Shown here: in pieces, positions 1-10,053 of the stretch
Layout of the letters: every line of letters starts with the position of its first letter
Position numbering within the stretch: the stretch's first letter is position 1
Origin: Candidatus Bathyarchaeota archaeon
Lineage (GTDB): Archaea > Thermoproteota > Bathyarchaeia > TCS64
NCBI GenBank assembly: GCA_963769425.1
Contig: CAVYLP010000004.1
Span: 361,052 to 425,051 of the forward strand
Reading direction: 5' to 3'
DNA length: 64,000 nt
Made by a program: the position numbers and the translations under genes
The notes under the pieces: generated by a model
Database searches by the model: none
What the model was told of the DNA's origin: nothing
What the model saw: the letters and a program-made list of their open reading frames with translations, nothing else

Positions 1-8
1 AAAGTTCT

Positions 9-296
9 TTATCCTGAGTAGTGATCAAAGCGTTTACGGATCAATATCTGCTTCCAGCCCAAAATCTTGCCACTTGCATTGAAGTTAACCTGGTAACGAC
101 TGAGAAGATCTTGAGAGTCGGGCATACCCTTTCTTTCGAGAGCCTCAACGATTACGTACCAGCCATCCTTGGACTCCTCGATACTTACAACCGTCTCAGC
201 TTTACGTAGAATCGTATTTTTCACTATATCCATTGCTGACATCACAAAAAATTCGATTGGGGGAGTATTCTGCATCATAGCTTCGTTACTTGACAA
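9..296 (-). CDS. gvpO: Gas vesicle protein GvpO
   Basis: GWYVIVEALERKGMPDSQDLLSRYQV...G motif typical of GvpO; directly downstream of gvpN. Confidence 0.85.
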   Translation of the reverse strand: MSSNEAMMQNTPPIEFFVMSAMDIVKNTILRKAETVVSIEESKDGWYVIVEALERKGMPDSQDLLSRYQVNFNASGKILGWKQILIRKRFDHYSG

Positions 297-298
297 GT

Positions 299-1312
299 TT
301 ATTGATCCTTCCTGTAGACATCCCTCAATACATCGTCAACTAAGGTGATGTACTTCGAATCCGATTCGGGACCTGAGATCTTTGAGGAAAGTACATCGAG
401 GTATATCTGCTGAATGTCCTCGAACTCTCGACTCATCATTACTCTTAGCCCCCTTCCAACCATTATAGCCGCTCGGGTTCCCGGCTTCGACTCAAGGGGC
501 ATTTTATCCCTAATATGCCTCATCGAAGTAACTACTTTTCCCGCGTCTTCGTCATTAAGCCCAGTGTGCTTCATCACAATATCGAGCTCTGTGGGGAAAT
601 CGTAATAGTCCATGTAAATGTGAATCATGCGATCCAGAAGGGCATCTTGTGGCCTGTGAACACCAGCATACTCGATGGAGTTGCTTGTGAATATTACACT
701 GAAGTTAGGATGCACCTTCACGTAGCGTTGTGCACCAAACATCATTGGAAGCTCGAGAATGCCCTCTTCGAGGACTGAAAGTAGCACGTTGTTGGCCATC
801 GGCTTTGCTCGAGAAAACTCGTTATAGATTAGAGTGTAGCCATACTTACATGCGATCGTAAGTGGGTTATCCACCCACATGTATTTACTCTTGTCCTTCG
901 CGACGACGACGTTGTGTACGTACCTATCCCTAATTATGGATGTCTCCATCTCGGAGTACCCTCCGATCAGGTCTCCAGTTGTCATTTGATCGTCTCCGTT
1001 TACCCATAGAATGGGTTGGCCCATTTTCCTGGCTACGGCTAGCGCTAGCGTCGTCTTCCCACACCCGGTTGGACCTATTAGATGTGGAGAATACCCAACA
1101 TCGGTCCACTTCACTACTCGCTCAATTATCTTGCTGACTTGTTCTGTCTCCACGAAATTCTCATTGGCTGGAACCAGAAACTCGAAATCTACTTTATCAA
1201 TTTTTATAGGTTCTTCGTTTTTCACTCTTTTCTTCTTATCTGAGTGCTCCTTCATCGTGTCATGTATTTTTGACCCAATCACTCGTCGAGGATGCGCTTC
1301 CTTGTAATACAT
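299..1312 (-). CDS. gvpN: Gas vesicle AAA+ ATPase GvpN
   Basis: Walker A GPTGCGKT, DLIGGY, WVDNPLTIAC, YNEFSRA, FTSNSIEYAGVH, QDALLDR motifs. Confidence 0.93.
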   Translation of the reverse strand: MYYKEAHPRRVIGSKIHDTMKEHSDKKKRVKNEEPIKIDKVDFEFLVPANENFVETEQVSKIIERVVKWTDVGYSPHLIGPTGCGKTTLALAVARKMGQPILWVNGDDQMTTGDLIGGYSEMETSIIRDRYVHNVVVAKDKSKYMWVDNPLTIACKYGYTLIYNEFSRAKPMANNVLLSVLEEGILELPMMFGAQRYVKVHPNFSVIFTSNSIEYAGVHRPQDALLDRMIHIYMDYYDFPTELDIVMKHTGLNDEDAGKVVTSMRHIRDKMPLESKPGTRAAIMVGRGLRVMMSREFEDIQQIYLDVLSSKISGPESDSKYITLVDDVLRDVYRKDQ

Positions 1313-1809
1313 TCCTTTCTTATCACCTGAGAATGAGGGCTCCTTAGCCTTTTTAACTAATATTTAGAAAATAGTTATGAGTATTGAGTCGAGTTTGGAA
1401 ACATTAACAATAAACGAATAAGTGAAAAAACTAAGAAATAGGTTATGTCGCCTTTTGCTTATTTTCCATATTACTCTTCAGCCATATGGTCCTTACACAC
1501 TGTGGGCGAGGAACAACTGACATATGTTGAGTCATTTCTCTGAATTTCTTTGACCAGAGTAACTGTTTTATCCTTTTTGGATTCTTACTTGCTATAGACA
1601 TATTTCTTAACCTTCTACACTGAGCTAAAACGATTCTCTGAAAGTATATAACAAATATTCAAGGAGATGAAACGTAAATTGTTTCGAATCCGGATGTTCC
1701 TTTTGATTAATGATAATGAAGTTTGTTTAAAAGAGTTTTTTTGATAAATCTATTGATAAATATAATATGAGTGACAAAGAGCGAGTAAATAGTTTATTTT
1801 TTGATATTT

Positions 1810-2523
1810 TTAGATTGTCTTTAACTTTTTTAAAGTTATTTCTAAAATACCATTTTCGTATTTCTTTTTAACATCAGTTTTATCGGCTTTTTCAGGGAGG
1901 TTTATTTCGATGAGGTTATTGTCATTTAGACCAGTATTTATTTTTAGCTTATCCCGATCGACTTCGACTGTTATTTTCTTTTCGTCCAAGTTTGGTAGCT
2001 CAGCTATTATGGTGATGTAGTCGACATTTTCCGTTATTTCGATTAAGGGTTCGTTATTATCTAGGGATTTGGGTAAATCTCCGAGTTTTAAGTTGAGGGA
2101 TGGCTCTTTTCCAGGACGTTTACTGTTAAGACTGCTGTGGCCAACGATATGACCTTTCAGAGGTCTGGCGTTTATTTTATATTCGAAGACACCTTTTTTT
2201 CCTGCTACCTCAAATTCCTTTTTAACATATTCCGTTTTTTCTGATAGTTCAGATAATCTGTTAATAATATCTATAAATCCGCCGTTTTTATTATTATCAC
2301 TCGCCTTTCCAGAAATTCCCATAGTGTTAAAAGTTAAATTGAATAGATCTGATACCTCATTCACCATTTTCTTTAAATCACTATTTTCATCTACTTGTTT
2401 ATTTTTTTGCATCTTTTCATTTAATTCTTGTAAGCTTTTTTCAATTTTCTCGATTTCATTTTTCCTTTGTTTTACTTCTTCCGATAAGTCCTCTATTTTT
2501 TTTCTGATGTCATCATTTGACAA
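1810..2523 (-). CDS. Hsp20/alpha-crystallin domain protein, GvpH-like, with N-terminal coiled coil
   Basis: C-terminal EPLIEI..IIAELP..I.V..L.I..YENGILEITL Hsp20 pattern; gvp context. Confidence 0.7.
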   Translation of the reverse strand: MSNDDIRKKIEDLSEEVKQRKNEIEKIEKSLQELNEKMQKNKQVDENSDLKKMVNEVSDLFNLTFNTMGISGKASDNNKNGGFIDIINRLSELSEKTEYVKKEFEVAGKKGVFEYKINARPLKGHIVGHSSLNSKRPGKEPSLNLKLGDLPKSLDNNEPLIEITENVDYITIIAELPNLDEKKITVEVDRDKLKINTGLNDNNLIEINLPEKADKTDVKKKYENGILEITLKKLKTI

Positions 2524-2538
2524 TTCATTAACACACTC

Positions 2539-2907
2539 TTAGACATTATTCGCGTTCAAATTTTTTAATAAATGTATATTTACAAAACTGAATATTCTTT
2601 CACTATGTTTTTGATACGAATCATTAATTATATGTACCCTTATTTGACCTTTCTCAGTGAGAGAATATAATTTTCTTCTATCCATGGAGTTAACTTCTAT
2701 AAATCCCTCCTTCTCAAGATGATATAGAAGAGGGTACAGAGTCCCTGGGCTAAGTAAAACGCCGAACGACTTGTGTAATTCTCCGATTAATTTGTATCCG
2801 TATATGGGTTCGCCATTCAGCATAGCAAGTACTATTACGTCTAAAAATGTCTTGATCATGCTGTCGTTTAGTTTTTCCGAAGTATATTCTGGATACATCG
2901 TGGTCAT
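2539..2907 (-). CDS. PadR-family regulator, GvpE-like
   Basis: YGYKLI..FGVLLSPGTLYPLLYHLEKEGFI..RRKLYSLTEKG winged helix; divergent from gvpA. Confidence 0.85.
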   Translation of the reverse strand: MTTMYPEYTSEKLNDSMIKTFLDVIVLAMLNGEPIYGYKLIGELHKSFGVLLSPGTLYPLLYHLEKEGFIEVNSMDRRKLYSLTEKGQIRVHIINDSYQKHSERIFSFVNIHLLKNLNANNV

Positions 2908-3094
2908 GGTAGGTACAACAGTTAGTTTGTTATTAAACAGTTATGAATGCCATATTTATGTAAAATATACATCCAGATGAATTATCAATCTATACAAGAA
3001 AATCATGTAAATTAAACATCTATAATAAGGATATTATGTTTAATGATTTATAGTATATTTTCTGATTTGATATAAGAAACGGATATCTAAATAT

Positions 3095-3172
3095 TGCTTA
3101 TATAAAGAAAGGGAATGTTCTGTGTTTAGGCGAGTCGAGAACGAAGAGTCGCCGACAAAACAAAAAAAGGAG
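3095..3172 (+). promoter_or_regulatory. Putative gvpA TATA box and RBS
   Basis: CTTATATAAAG at ~3098-3108; AGGAG at 3168-3172 upstream of the start. Confidence 0.5.
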
Positions 3173-3178
3173 TAATGA

Positions 3179-3409
3179 ATGAAAATGGTAAGTCAAACCC
3201 CAGATGCAAGCAGTCTCGCAGAAGTTATCGACAGGATACTGGACAAAGGTCTAGTCGTGGACGTATGGGCCAGGGCTTCACTGGTTGGGATAGAGATCCT
3301 GACCATCGAGGCTCGCGTGGTCGCAGCCAGCGTTGACACGTTCCTCCACTACGCTGAGGAGATGACAAAGGTCGAGCAAGCGGCCATTGCCGTTGCCCCA
3401 GCTGCGTAG
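3179..3409 (+). CDS. gvpA: Major gas vesicle structural protein GvpA
   Basis: [51 protein letters not shown]; the start may be ATG 3185. Confidence 0.97.
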   Translation: MKMVSQTPDASSLAEVIDRILDKGLVVDVWARASLVGIEILTIEARVVAASVDTFLHYAEEMTKVEQAAIAVAPAA

Positions 3410-3448
3410 AGGATACCTACCACCTACTGACCTCTTCTGTTGAGGTGT

Positions 3449-3964
3449 ATGACCACGGCCGAATACAATGAAGCCAAAGAAACGTATATCAAGGAGCTAG
3501 CAAGCAACAACTCAAGGAAAAAGTTGGATGAGATAGCATCGGCTTTGGACCTTGACCCCAAGAAGTACGCGAGCAAGAGGGAGATTGCATTAGCAATCAT
3601 GCTGGCTGGCAGTCAAGCTCTGTTGTATAGGTCTAACGTCGACACCGCCGATACAGAAGAGGAAAAAAAGGAGATGAGTAAACAAATGAGTTCCGTGAAA
3701 AGCATCAGAAAAGCCATCAACGACGAAGCAGAGAGTTTCATGACATTCTATAAGGGCGAGTTTATGACCAACATAGCAGCGTTCCATGATGCCACTCAGA
3801 TGTTCAGAGAGGACATCAAAAAGCAGGTGAAGGAGAACAACGACTTTGATCATGAATTTGGTCAGAGTGTCAAGAAATATCAGGACAGCATAGAAATCTT
3901 CAGACGCAGCATACTAGAACAGTCAAAAGAGAACCAAAAATACATCAGACAGTTCTACGGCTAA
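3449..3964 (+). CDS. GvpC-like helical repeat protein
   Basis: Immediately after gvpA; GAGGTG RBS before ATG 3449; two 32-aa helical repeats at the C-terminus. Confidence 0.55.
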   Translation: MTTAEYNEAKETYIKELASNNSRKKLDEIASALDLDPKKYASKREIALAIMLAGSQALLYRSNVDTADTEEEKKEMSKQMSSVKSIRKAINDEAESFMTFYKGEFMTNIAAFHDATQMFREDIKKQVKENNDFDHEFGQSVKKYQDSIEIFRRSILEQSKENQKYIRQFYG

Positions 3965-3969
3965 TAGTC

Positions 3970-3980
3970 TCCCTTTTTTC
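3970..3980 (+). terminator. Oligo-T archaeal terminator
   Basis: CCCTTTTTTC right after the stop of the gvpA-gvpC-like unit. Confidence 0.4.
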
Positions 3981-4016
3981 ACTTAATATTTTTCTTTGAG
4001 TAAATTTAACCAGGTA

Positions 4017-4359
4017 ACTAATTCGTATTTTTTTTAATAGTTTAGGAAGGGGATCAATAATTTATATAATTTAATGTGATTCTTAATAATATCTTTTAAT
4101 AAGTAAATTTGTTGAATAGTATTGGAAATAATTTCCTTATTGATATTTATTTCTTACTATCTTTTCTTATAACCTTAACGATGATTACTACTAATTCGTA
4201 TTTTTTTTAATAGTTTAGGAAAGGGATCAATAATTTATATAATTTAATGTGATTCTTATAATATCTTTTAATAAGTAAATTTGTTGAATGGTATTGGAAA
4301 TAATTTCTTTATTAATATTTATTTATTACTATCTTTTCTTATAACCTTAACGATGATTA
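4017..4359. repeat. Tandem duplication, period 173 bp, AT-rich, non-coding
   Basis: 4017-4187 nearly identical to 4190-4359 (ACTAATTCGTATTTTTTTAATAGTTTAGGAA...CCTTAACGATGATTA). Confidence 0.95.
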
Positions 4360-4729
4360 TCTCACCTAATTTTAAATTGAGTTCTCTAACGATATTTACA
4401 GGTATTGTAATTATTGAGCTAGCACATTGATATCTAACTTTACCTTCGAACTTCTTTGAGAATTCATTGATTTCGTTCTCTGTTTATAAGAACTGATGTG
4501 TGAACCTTAATTTAATATTCTTCGTGGTTTAATAACTCACAATAATTGTAAAGGCTTTAAATTTACCTCATTTCCACTCTCCCAGTTAATTCTTAGAGCA
4601 GGATCGATTGAAACACCATTTAATCTCTTTAACCTCATACATCCGACAAAACCATGGGAAAGTCTCGCGAGCGAGTTATCAACAGGGAACGGGCACTACT
4701 AAATAATTCTCATTGCGCGAAATATTTAA

Positions 4730-5010
4730 TCAACCATTAGCCCAGGTGTTATTTTTGGCTTTAGCCGCTTTCGCAGGAGCAAAAATCTCACTCTCTATAC
4801 CAACTAAATGTTTAGCCTCTTGGAAGGAAATCAAGAAATCCTTTCCCTTCTCAGTGATCATGTAATGCTTCCTCTTCCCTATGCCTTCCTCAGCAGGGGT
4901 ACGGTACTTCAAAAGTCCCTGATCTAGGGAGTCGTATAAGTGAGAACCTACTTGTTTCCAGTTGCAGCTCGCCATGTACATGATCGATTTTTAGTGAAAT
5001 CGATTAAAAC
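4730..5010 (-). pseudogene. Archaeal winged-helix regulator, frameshifted or 5'-truncated
   Basis: (TKNR)I-MYMASCNW...YMITEKGKDFL; the upstream TKNR codons are out of frame by one base. Confidence 0.55.
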
Positions 5011-5355
5011 TGAACCTATTTGTTTCATATCCGAAATAATAATTGCCTCTCATTATTTATAAAAATATTTAATAAAATCGATATTAACCCGTATCGTTTT
5101 TCGATACAATTATCGATAATAATTTAGAAAATTCGAGATTATAACATATTTGAGCAGTCTCTCAACTTCTAACGAGCGCTCTCACTAACTCCAGTTTCTG
5201 CTTCCATTCACTTCTTTTCCACGATGGAGATTATCCGATTCTTTAAAACCAATTGGTTTATAGGGTCGGTTCTCTTTCTAGTGAAAGTACTCTTCATATT
5301 ATTAACTGGATAATAGTGGAGAAGTATTGATATCTTGACAAAAGCGAAGATCAAA

Positions 5356-5628
5356 TTAATTGGTTTTTTTGAATCCAATAACTGGATAGAGGTTTTTCAA
5401 CTCTTTTTCTCTCTCATCTAATTGTTTTTCAATCAGTTCTAATAGTTGTTCAGGTGAAAATGGTTTTACAATGTACTCGTGTACCCCATAGCGGATAGCC
5501 TCCTGAGCGGTCTCAATGGAAGGATAGCCTGTAATGATTAATTTCCGGATTACTGGCTTAGTGTCCTCAATAAAACCTATTAATTTTACTCCATCCATAT
5601 CAGAGAGTTTAACGTCAACAATAATCAA
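5356..5628 (-). pseudogene. Response regulator receiver domain, N-terminally truncated
   Basis: IIVDVKLSDMDG, ITGYPS, YIVKPF present; the N-terminal acidic pocket strand is missing. Confidence 0.65.
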
Positions 5629-5919
5629 TGAATAAAATTTATGAGATGTTTAATATAATGTTTAAGAAGATCTTCAGTCTTTTCTTTTCCATATGGTGTG
5701 AGTTTATATGATATTTTTATTGCTTTCCGTCACTACTATTTTTCGTTTAAATCGGGTTTCCGTCAACTCTACTATTAATCGAATTAAATTGTCTTTTTCC
5801 ATTCTGTAAAGAAGTGGATACATGGTACCCGGACTCAGTAGGACGCCAAATTGTTTGTGCCTGCTATTATCTTTTTCCCAAATTATGTTTATGTAGAGAG
5901 AAAAAAAATAGCGTCCCAG

Positions 5920-6068
5920 TAGGGTTCGCGGGTAAAGTTCGATATCAGTGTGCTAGTTCTATAATTACTATACCTGTAAGTATTGTCCGAGGTCTTAACC
6001 TGAAATTAGGTGATACTGTTATGTGAGTGTCAAAAGATGATAGTAAGGATAATTTGCAGACTAAGTAA
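5920..6068 (+). pseudogene. AbrB/MazE/SpoVT-like remnant
   Basis: GKVRYQCASSIITIPVSIVRGLNLKLGDTVM followed by a stop. Confidence 0.45.
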
Positions 6069-6570
6069 ACTAGTTAGATATTTTAACCGAGATAATATGT
6101 AATAGATATCCAATAGATCACACGCCTTATCTTTCACAGTGTCATCAATCTAACCATTTAAAAAAATCATTTGATTTCAATCTAAAAAATAGTCTTAACT
6201 TCAATACTATACGATATGATACATCGATATACTTTTAAAAAACTACATATTCAGATCTGAACGACATTACAGAACGTTAAAAATTCAAAAGTAAAAATTA
6301 ATCCTCTATCCAACATTTTATTGATAGCTTCTGTCATACTGAATGCCTCTACGGCGACTTACCGTTTTTTTCATATATATATATTTATTTTTTTCTACGA
6401 GCCTTTTTTTGACTCGCTTAAACAAATTATATTATATTTGTTTATGCACATCTGCTATTATCTTGTAACCATATGCAGGTTCGTTTTTTAATATGATGAG
6501 AATTATAATATCTAAAAGGGATTTTATAAGTTGGTCGTCGAGGTTTACTTCGATTCGATTTTGTGGATAT

Positions 6571-6736
6571 AACATTAAAGTAATACACCTTCATTGGAGG
6601 CAATGTTAAACTTTAGACACGATCTCCAAGTTAAGAAGCCTCATCCCAAAAAAAAAAAACATTAACGTAATACACCTTCGTTGTAGGCTATGGTAAACTT
6701 TAGCACGCTCTCCACGTTAAGAAACCTGATCCCAAA
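6571..6736. repeat. Diverged ~80-bp tandem duplication (period 87 bp) joined by an A run
   Basis: AACATTAAAGTAATACACCTTC...ATCCCAAA at 6571 and AACATTAACGTAATACACCTTC...ATCCCAAA at 6658. Confidence 0.9.
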
Positions 6737-7426
6737 CATATTTACACAGTCATCTTTGATGCAACTTGGTTCTTCGACCCGAGTTAATTCGGCTCGTAAT
6801 GAGTTTTCACTTATTTCCTTACCGAGTAACTCAAAACTAGGTTAATATAATTTTAACTGTTATTCATCAAGAATCTATAAATATTCACATTCTCGTTAAA
6901 TAAATATTTTCTGTTAATCGATTCGAAATCGTATCGAAATCCGATAATTCAATTATATATTTATTATATATGGAGAAAAATACAACATAATATTAATGAA
7001 AAATATACTTAACGGGTTAATAATCGCCTTAGACTGAAATTTTTATACTCTCGAAGTTTTAAAGGTCTCTGCGTTGCATTGGTGACCTTGAAAGCTTTAA
7101 AGTTTAATTTAGTTTGATTTGTATAGCACCTTTGGTCGAGTTTTGATCTTGATCGTGAAATAAGTTGCGCGCGCGAATGATAGTATCGTATGAAAGTTTC
7201 AATTCCATAATCTTTAGAATAGTGATATGATTGTTGCCCGTATGGAGATAAATAGAATCATTGTTGCGTTTACCCTTTTCAGACGGAACGAGACTTACTG
7301 GGATATTTTAGAAAGGTGAAGAGCACTAATGCGATTACATTTAGGATATGAAATTAGATAGCTATCATTTGGATAATTTCAGATTTTCTTCTAAATCGAT
7401 AAATTTATACATTCACAATTCACTTT

Positions 7427-7666
7427 TTGTTTATGATTTCCGTGGTAACCTGGAGATACACCATATCCATTGTGGGACTTAACTTACTCTTTGTACATCT
7501 CCTTGAGATAAACCTACATGAATTTCAGAGTACAGTACACATCATCTTGGTTTATTCCACAGGTGCAATTGGGTCAATTCTCGTCCTAGTTGGATCGTAC
7601 TACGTGATCAAATTTTGGCTACTGCACCGCAAGTTCATGCGGGAGTTGGATAAGTTTTTTTCCTGA
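7427..7666 (+). CDS. Small membrane hypothetical protein or fragment
   Basis: Two hydrophobic segments; start uncertain. Confidence 0.35.
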   Translation: MFMISVVTWRYTISIVGLNLLFVHLLEINLHEFQSTVHIILVYSTGAIGSILVLVGSYYVIKFWLLHRKFMRELDKFFS

Positions 7667-7838
7667 TATTCGTGATGGCTAGGTGTGTACACTTTATTCG
7701 ACCAATAATCGATACCCCCAGAGATCCAGTCATCACGCGCTGAGTTTGTTTAGAAATTAATATTTACAAACACTCTCCTTAAAAAAGATGGTAATATGAA
7801 TCGGGTATGAGGCTAGGTTTAGACATTGGCTTTTACGT

Positions 7839-8225
7839 CTAAACTCTGCGTTTAATCAGACTTCTGATCTCCTCGGCGACAGTGTCGCGGATACGTAAGC
7901 TCTTTAAAATGAATCTATTTGCACCCGCGGATAGCGCGGCCTCCGCGACCTTATCATCGTCCACCATGCTGTAGACTATTATCGGAACATTCGAGGTACG
8001 GCGGATACTTCTCACCAACTCGATTCCATTCATTTCCTTCATCAAACAGTCGGTCACAACGCAGTCGAACTCGTTGCGGTGGATCTCATCTACTGTCTCG
8101 TTGGGTGAGGAGCAAAATCTAACGAGCATATCGTCTTCTGGCTCGAAGAATAGCTTCATTGCTTCTAACTGATAAGCGTCGTCGTCGACGCAGAGAACTC
8201 TTATTTTTTCCTTACGTTTGGACAT
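7839..8225 (-). CDS. Stand-alone response regulator receiver
   Basis: RVLCVDDD, DCVVTDCLMKEMNG, PIIVYS, GANRFILK. Confidence 0.9.
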   Translation of the reverse strand: MSKRKEKIRVLCVDDDAYQLEAMKLFFEPEDDMLVRFCSSPNETVDEIHRNEFDCVVTDCLMKEMNGIELVRSIRRTSNVPIIVYSMVDDDKVAEAALSAGANRFILKSLRIRDTVAEEIRSLIKRRV

Positions 8226-8400
8226 TGGATTTCTATGTTTATTATTTTTATCATTATATGTTAAAAGCTTTAGCCTGTGAGGATTCGATAGGGATGATTT
8301 ATGCGCTTACCTATTTCGAAGCATTCAACATGATGACCTTTTCTAAACAAAGCTAGCACACTACTCTGGGTAACGGAGTCAATTTTAACCCTGCTTTTTC

Positions 8401-8745
8401 CTAACCAATTATCGCCTGGATTTGTTCCTGCAACCTCGTAACGTTTGCCATAAGTTGCTGCAACATGGTCCCCTGAGTTTCGATGAGTATGCTCTGGGCC
8501 TGAAGTTGTGCGGCTTGAGCTTGAATCTGTACATCTTGGGCCTGAATCTGTGCATCTTTGGCCAGAAGTTGAGCGTCCTTTGCTTGAAGCAGTGCATCTT
8601 TCGCGGTTATCTCCGCGTCTTGGCTCTGAAGTCTGGCTTGAGAGGCGACGTTTTGATTTTGGATAGATGTTGAGGCAATGATGTATCCTCCAACCAGGCC
8701 CCCAGTCAAACAGATTATCGCTAGGATATAGAGTTTCGAATCCAT
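8401..8745 (-). CDS. Membrane-anchored coiled-coil protein with heptad repeats
   Basis: N-terminal TM helix, then AKDALLQ/AKDAQLL/AKDAQIQ/AQDVQIQ/AQAAQLQ repeats. Confidence 0.75.
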   Translation of the reverse strand: MDSKLYILAIICLTGGLVGGYIIASTSIQNQNVASQARLQSQDAEITAKDALLQAKDAQLLAKDAQIQAQDVQIQAQAAQLQAQSILIETQGTMLQQLMANVTRLQEQIQAIIG

Positions 8746-8856
8746 GGAACTAGGTTGTGGAAGAGAAGTTAAGTTTTATGACGATTAATCTTATCAATGT
8801 TAAATCAACCGTGAACTGATCACTTTTAAAAGCTCTTGCGCCGTGTGTGCCCGTCA

Positions 8857-9228
8857 TTACAATATCTTTGAGATAGCTTTCCTCGTCTCAGCGGGGAAGT
8901 TCTCCAATAAGCAAGTCAACATTGTTTCAACTATGTATTTTCTAAATCCTTCTTCATCCAATGGAGGGTGATAGACGTAGTGATGACCACCTTTACCGGT
9001 CGCGTCATCCCCTCGTATTACCAACATTTCACGCATTGCTTCAAGGAAATTGATGATGCTCGCTTTACTGATAGGTTCATTATTGAGGGCCTTGACCACG
9101 GAGTTCCAGACAGTACTGCTGGATACTCCCTCGGGATGACTCCAAACCACCTTTATCGTCTCAAGTTGCCAGTCCTTGATGACCGCAAGGAAGCCGATCC
9201 GAGACGTATCGAATTCGATTTCGTTCAT
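8857..9228 (-). CDS. Winged-helix protein (BlaI/MecI-like)
   Basis: SSSTVW..V...ISKASIINFLEAM..V.....TGKGGHHYVY pattern. Confidence 0.65.
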   Translation of the reverse strand: MNEIEFDTSRIGFLAVIKDWQLETIKVVWSHPEGVSSSTVWNSVVKALNNEPISKASIINFLEAMREMLVIRGDDATGKGGHHYVYHPPLDEEGFRKYIVETMLTCLLENFPAETRKAISKIL

Positions 9229-9507
9229 CCTAATTAATTAAACATCTAGGTTAGTTTTAAATATTTATCAAAATTAAATTAAGATTGCTATTTGCTTAAT
9301 CGCGCATATAAAACCTGGAGGAGAACTCCTACGATTTCTTGCCAATCTATTTGGAAGTACTACGTCTGACGGGGAAAATGGGAGCCGCTAATTAATTCTG
9401 CAAAGGATCCTCTTTAACGCCACATCCAGAAAAGATTTCCTCGTAGAAAAAATCGATATATTTATTTAAAAAATATTTGACGCCCGTGCTGTCTGTTTCC
9501 TATACAA

Positions 9508-9918
9508 TCATTTATAGTCCTTCATATGGGGCAGAGGTAGTGGATGTATCTCATATTTTGGTTCGTTTTCTTCTGCTGTTGGTTCGCTGCTCTGCTGATT
9601 GATGTCTAATTCATCTAGCTTAGCCTGGCGTTCCTTAATGCATCTCGGGCAATGGAGTATCATGTAGTGCCCACTTGGGGTTGTGATCTGGAAACCATGA
9701 TCTTCGCACTCTATGAGATAACAGGGTATCTCCGACTTCCATCCACTCATGCGAATGTAGCCAACCTCAACGTTGCCTTGGAGTCTTAGGGTGAGTCTCT
9801 GAACGACGCTCAGCTTTTCGACTACTCTTTCAATTACAAAGGGATCGAAGTTGCCGAGTTTAGCCACACCGCTGAAATCGATGCCCGAGGAGCCCCTAGC
9901 CATTCCAATCAGTATCAC
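9508..9918 (-). CDS. Hypothetical protein with Zn-ribbon (CxxH...CxxC)
   Basis: ECEDHG...LHCPRC. Confidence 0.6.
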   Translation of the reverse strand: MILIGMARGSSGIDFSGVAKLGNFDPFVIERVVEKLSVVQRLTLRLQGNVEVGYIRMSGWKSEIPCYLIECEDHGFQITTPSGHYMILHCPRCIKERQAKLDELDINQQSSEPTAEENEPKYEIHPLPLPHMKDYK

Positions 9919-10053
9919 ATTTTAGTGTACAAGTAAACCAATTGCGGATCGTGACTCCATATCAATAATATGTACTAATTTGTGCTTCGTGGATTAATAT
10001 AGAAGCCCAATTCATACGACCCCATCAACCCAGTTCCAAATATTAACCATGGA

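Noticed and set aside
6571-6737. Confirmed diversity-generating retroelement
   Set aside because: No RT or target gene, and non-adenine differences are present; kept only as a weak finding
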